DNA of 64,000 nucleotides from Tubiluchus corallicola (lineage: Eukaryota > Animalia > Priapulida), in assembly GCA_030141605.1 (NCBI GenBank), contig JAQGDQ010000097.1, forward strand, positions 248,001 to 312,000. The letters run 5' to 3'. The notes beneath the pieces were generated by a model that saw nothing but the letters and a program-made list of their open reading frames with translations, had not been told where the DNA came from and made no database searches. Each line of letters starts with the position of its first letter. The first letter of the stretch is position 1. Positions 59,832 through 64,000 of the stretch are shown piece after piece. The position numbers and the translations under genes were made by a program.

Positions 59832-61170
59832 TGATTACATTTGACGATAATCACCATGTACTGTTATCCACCTGAAATCATTTGCGCCCAAAAGTTTCAA
59901 CGTCTCAATTTCTGTGAATCTACGGCGCACTCTAGTGGTCGCGTCGATTTAAAATAATGTTTGATATCTATACATCAAAAGCTTAAAAATAATGTATAAT
60001 CGCATGTGAGTTGCGGTACATATCCTCAAATGTAAAAGAATCTCCACTCTGCATCTTATCGTTTGTGTAGTTCTGCAGTCATGTCTGGCTTGGGCTTAAT
60101 TAACGTTGTCACGATTTCCGAAGAGGAAACAGCGTCTTGCTAATTAATCTTTTCTACAAGCAAACGCCGAATATTGAAAGAAACGAAAGGATTTCAAAGA
60201 GACGTTAAGTATTGTTGGAAAGTAAATTACCAGACCTGTTCAGTTTTTTTAGACTTAACGATTTGTTATTGATGTTATGCCCACGATTTTCCATCAAGTA
60301 ATTTCGTTGAAGGATGTACAACTAGTGAATCTGGCAGTGGTTTTTTGCCTTAGTTATTTAGTTTCAGTTCCAGTAATCCGAACCACTGGCACATGTGTCA
60401 GGCACAGACTGGCCATTTGACCTGTACGTTTAAGGTCGCGCCGGACTTTTGAAGTTCGCGCCTTGTTCGTAAACGACCAAAAAGTTCTGAACGTCATTTA
60501 TGCTAGAAATTAAAATGTGTGGTAGGAACTTAATAAGCGTTTGTTTCTATGAATTAAAGTAGTGGCTTTAGTGAATTAAAGTAGTGACCTAGACAAAAAA
60601 GATCTCTAACCCTCACCCCTTTTGCACCCCTCGAAAGACGACCTTCTGCTTACTCAGGTCGTAAGGCCTCTTGGACCCAGTTCGCTTCTGCATTTTAGAT
60701 GAAAAAAGCACACCATAGGTCAAATTTTACTGAGCGCGTCGTGCTGAAACGATTTGTTAAATAAGATATAAATAGTTTGCTAGTAATATAATAAATATAC
60801 TTAAAAAAGAAGCGTGTATTTGAAATTGCATGGTGGTAATATATCTGCTAGATTTTCTGAGGATCGAATCTTTGGAAGCTATGTCTCGATCGTATCGATT
60901 CAATTATTTCGAATCCTTGATTAAACTGCGGCATATTTAAAATAAAAGCTTTTGACTGTCTTGCAATTTAACTATACAGAGATAAAAATCGCAACGTTAT
61001 ACTGTTTCATGATTATATATGTATAAGTTAATTTTATCGTACAAATTCAGAAGAGGTTTATGTGCCTTTTTACATGTATTTGTACTTAAAGACTAATCAA
61101 TTAAATGTGCAATATTTAGTTACAAACATTAATTCTAAATAAGTATCGTGTTCCCCCGATAACAATAATC

Positions 61171-61856
61171 CTACTCAATATTTCAGAATTTTGACTTTGA
61201 TACAATTTAAAAACTGTAGTTTTAATCGCTACTACTAGATGGCGAAAGCCACATAGCCAAAATTATTCTGGGTTATACGTTTTCCTTTGTAAAAAGCCTA
61301 ATACTTACGTGTTAGTATGACTAATAGAATCATGACCGCCAGCGTCTGTGATTTATTACATAACTTTCCTGATAGTCATTTAACATACAAATGATCCAAC
61401 AGTAAACGTATTTTATCATGGACTGAGATTCCTGAGATTCTAATTATAAGAATAACTAATGTACGCGAAAGAGCCAGCTTCTATGAATCAACGTGTTGCT
61501 TATTGAGTTCAAAATTGTTTCGGCCTCAACCGAGAATCTAATTATAAGACTTCATTGTACTATGTTTCAACCATAACCTATGTTAAAACCCGTTTGTTGC
61601 TGGTCCATTAATATCTTAAACAATAACTGACAATCTTGAAAAAAATGTACTGATAAATCACAGACATTGGCTGTTACGTTAGCGTAAAATTCGTAAATCA
61701 CACTAAAATGTGTTAGCCTGTTAGACTTTTACAGAGAAAATTCCTGTCCTTAGGATGGCTTTGGCGCTTGACTGTGTAGATTCCGCCGTCTAGTAGCAGA
61801 AATTAAAACTACTGTTTTTAAATTGTAATATTGTCAAATTCTGAATAATTCAGTAG
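61171..61856. mobile_element. Element with ~85-bp imperfect terminal inverted repeats
   Basis: 61171-61258 is the approximate reverse complement of 61770-61856 (tacaatttaaaaactgtagttttaat / attaaaactactgtttttaaattgta; ctactagatggcg / cgccgtctagtag). Confidence 0.7.
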
Positions 61857-62177
61857 CTAATCATGAAACTCATTTGCAAAAACATGAAAAAAGGCGAATA
61901 AACTTCTTTTTAGATAATTATTAGAGACATTTCGATAACTTACTGATGATAAAATTCACGTCTTAGGCCATAGGTCAAAATGAGATGCTATGGTATACGG
62001 ACTTTTTTCAGGCGCATGGTTCAAGGGACGCCAGCCTTATAATACTTTCTCCTTTTTAATGGATGTCACCTCATTGGGCAAATACGCTAACACTAATAGC
62101 ATTTACCCGGCATGTTGAGATCACCATTATACTAAAATTTGTATTGAACTAATATAAGCTTTAGTAGTTTCAATAAC

Positions 62178-62461
62178 TAGGGGTGAGCAGCGAACGTTCG
62201 AGTTTTTTTAGTTCGTTTCCAAGTCAAACCTAAAACTATAGATTCGAATAATTCAGCACTTTAGCCACATGCGTTCTTTATCATTAAAATGCTTGAAACA
62301 GCATGCAATTAGCACAATTTAGCTGCAATTTTAACAAACTAATAGAGGTTGTACTGCAGAACAAAATCAAGTAACATGTATGATCTTTGTAAAACCACTT
62401 TTTACGAGTGGTTCGAAAACTCGATTCGAATTCGCTTTCTGGTAGAGAATGCTCACCCCTA
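62178..62461. mobile_element. hAT-type MITE, 284 bp
   Basis: 12-bp perfect TIRs taggggtgagca / tgctcaccccta, 8-bp TSD tcaataac/ttaataac (7/8 match), and internal ttcga repeats. Confidence 0.85.
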
Positions 62462-62932
62462 TTAATAACAGCCAGATATAGCATAAACAATTGAGTTAAT
62501 GCTTAATAACAAGATGTATTGCAGAGTCTTTATAATGTTCATGCACCAAGTATAAGACGTAACGGCTATATAACCTATTGTTGGGGAAGTACAAAATAAC
62601 GTACTGCTAATACACAACAATTTATTTCATTAAAATCTTGTTGAATTACCAGAGAATTTTTCACGCCCCAGAGTAATAGTATGCAAGTCTTGCGAATCTT
62701 GTTCAGCTTGCAGTATTGAAGGGTATGATTGGAGCACTGAACTGCAAATTTAGGGACTAAATTTTTCAATCGAACTGAATGGACTGGACACGACCCTCGA
62801 GATTCCCGCACGAAGCTTCCTCATTTAAAGCTGAGAGCATGTTTCCGATCAGCAATACTTTGGTGTAATAAATTTTTCTGTACTACACTACTAGTTGGCT
62901 TGTAACACAACTGCTTTGAAAATTTAACTAAA

Positions 62933-62978
<46 letters not shown>

Positions 62979-63482
62979 ATTATAAAGTGGTTTTAAAATT
63001 AACTGTTTTTTTAATTAATTAATTAATTAATTAATTATCTTTTTAAATTAATTAATTGATAATTAAAATTATAATTTTGATAGAAACTTCATTATTATTA
63101 ACTGTTGCAGGTTAACTCGGCATAGTCTATGTAATAAAACGCAGTTTTGTGCCAAGATGCATCGAAGCATGCTCACATTGGTGAACTTGACACGTTTTCC
63201 AAGCACTAGCGTTTAGTTTTAGGTGAACCCATTAATTTCCTCCAGCGTGCGTGCTGTTGAAGAGTTCGTGGGCATGCTCTACTAAAGAAAACGCGCAGAT
63301 CAGTGCGCCTTAACCGGGTGAAGTTAGCGTCACAGAAAACTATTACAGTAGCGCTCCAGTGTGCAAGGAAACATGCTTATCTACTTCGTGATTTAAGTTC
63401 ATTTATAATTAGTTAATTAGCACTCTATTTTGCTGCTGTGTCAGCTTTCATAATAGCCGGTAAAGAATTTTGCACGGCCAGT

Positions 63483-63686
63483 ATGCTGTCAAATCAAGCA
63501 TTAGCGGTGATAGGTAATTGCGCCAGGAATGGTGGAGTTATGAACATGTGCCGACGCTTTTCAGTGTCTTCTCAAAAACACGTGCCTCATTATGAATTAG
63601 TGATTATTGGTGGAGGGGCAGGAGGATGTTCTATATCTAATGTGTTCGGAAACAGAATGAAAACTGCTGTGATAGAACCACATCAT
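63483..63686 (+). CDS. SQOR: Sulfide:quinone oxidoreductase, mitochondrial; first coding exon (gene continues off the right edge)
   Basis: An Arg/Ser-containing, acid-free presequence (..MCRRFSVSSQK) precedes HYELVIIGGGAGGCSIS...TAVIEPHH|gtaagt. This resembles the SQOR N-terminal FAD-binding segment HYEVLVLGGGSGG...VAIVEPSE. Only one exon is visible. Confidence 0.8.
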
Positions 63687-64000
63687 GTAAGTCTTCCATA
63701 AAACTAAAAGTCTATACATGCCAGTTAAGACTGTCATTTAAAATTATGCGTCGGCGCAATTATTAGGCGTTCTGCAAAAGCAACGTAGACACAAGCTGAA
63801 GACTTGTGTCTTTGATAGGATGTCTCTCTTAGTAGTCACATCATTTGTTAATGCTATGTTGATTATGTTATTGAGGCAAATAAATTATTCTGTATTCTGA
63901 TACGTTCTAGAAAATCCCATTAATACGTCTCATGCATTTCTTTGATTAAACTTTTTGGTGGTTAAATAAAATTAATACTGAATTGAATGGAATTAAAATA

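Overview
This is an AT-rich, intron- and microsatellite-rich animal (invertebrate-like) genomic window, not prokaryotic DNA. Its core is a cluster of five apparently intact six-exon class A GPCR genes of melatonin-receptor/Tre1-Moody type (NRx instead of DRY, AHVNS..NP.IYG..N). Two lie on + (6517-11845, 18424-23889) and three on - (33506-41089, 45456-51689, 53762-59831), and there is a pseudo-exon of a sixth. A two-exon CHST-type 6-O-sulfotransferase sits between the converging arrays. The window edges carry the first two exons of a type-B carboxylesterase (-) and the first coding exon of SQOR (+). Introns and spacers hold many MITEs/hAT elements (several with clear TSDs), LINE remnants and simple repeats. 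The most notable hidden signal is a Penelope-type minimal hammerhead ribozyme with a compensatory G3:C8 core swap and a long helix I that sequesters an AATAAA, about 0.7 kb downstream of GPCR-1 on the same strand. Other notable signals are a GC-AG intron and loss of P6.50 in GPCR-2, gene-conversion-like patches between GPCR-3 and GPCR-4, and a (GA)n tract in the same intron of four paralogues. All gene models were built by hand; no database searches were run.
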